Source: Adineta vaga (Eukaryota; Animalia; Rotifera). Taken from it: a stretch of 64,000 nt of DNA. The position numbers and the translations under genes were made by a program. The stretch covers positions 1,116,001-1,180,000 of the forward strand of contig CP075495.1 in the NCBI GenBank assembly GCA_021613535.1. The letters are read 5' to 3'. This document shows positions 63,445-64,000 of this stretch, piece by piece. The notes beneath the pieces were generated by a model that had not been told where the DNA came from, did not search any database, and saw nothing but the letters and a program-made list of their open reading frames with translations. Numbering within the stretch: position 1 is the first letter of the stretch; each line of letters begins with the position of its first letter.

Positions 63445-64000
63445 TTCTACTAATTCACTTTCAAATGTCTGTCTTATTCGAATGGTGAGAGAAAAAAAAG
63501 CATTTGTTTGAAGAGAACAGATGGCCAACAAGGGAACGTTCCCAGATGTTTTCCTTCGATTTTCAGAATTCCATCATATTTTTTCTGTATTCGGACAAAA
63601 CTCGTAAGTACTACCACGAATGAATAAAAGAAATGATCGTATCGTAACTGACATGATTTGAAAAAAGAAATAAATTAATATCAGTACTTGTTTTGTCTTT
63701 TTGGGAAAAAAAAACGTGTGACGCTCTAAACGTCACTTGAAACACATATGAATTTATTGGATAAAGAAAATGTCTATTGTACAAAACCCATCACCATATT
63801 AAAACAAAGATATGAAAAAACAAAAGAAAATGTTATAGAACAGGAAAAATTGCATCTCGAATTTTATATTTCGTTGTAATTATTGATGTATGATTACTTG
63901 CATATAATCTTTGATAAATAACTAATGCACTTTGATAATTAATTAATGCTTGAGTATAATCTGATAATTTAAAATAAATATCACCCACAATAGAATAAAT

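Noticed and set aside
1-64000. CRISPR arrays, rRNA or tRNA genes, prokaryotic operons
   Set aside because: The sequence is intron-rich eukaryotic DNA. I saw no repeat-spacer arrays or recognisable structural RNA genes, although a tRNAscan or Infernal run would be needed to exclude small RNAs.

Overview
AT-rich, gene-dense eukaryotic DNA with many short (about 50-65 nt) GT-AG introns. Animal genes (SPATA18/MIEAP, FAM92/CIBAR, XPR1, AGL, rhodopsin-like GPCRs, a trypsin-like protease) are mixed with bacterial- or fungal-type genes (GIN/DUF2807, GH43_24, a hotdog thioesterase, propeptide-less C1A proteases, a prolyl hydroxylase). That mix suggests a bdelloid rotifer, which is an inference and was not checked against a database. 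I reconstructed about 30 gene models by hand, including three likely pseudogenes, plus two MITE-like elements and a probable LTR end. The most notable item is a tandem pair of intronless genes (2828-3634 and 4107-4895). Each encodes a signal peptide, a tiny 4-Cys peptide (CxC-x7-C-x4-C) and a complete Hedgehog-type Hog module (Hint plus sterol-recognition-like region). They would be autoprocessing precursors that release a roughly 30-40 aa, possibly lipid-modified peptide in place of a Hedge domain. The two copies share an identical 467-bp Hog core but carry different peptides, and both have unusual active-site substitutions (Asn for the second conserved Cys, His for the sterol-activating Asp). 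Exon boundaries are read by eye and may be off by a few nucleotides.
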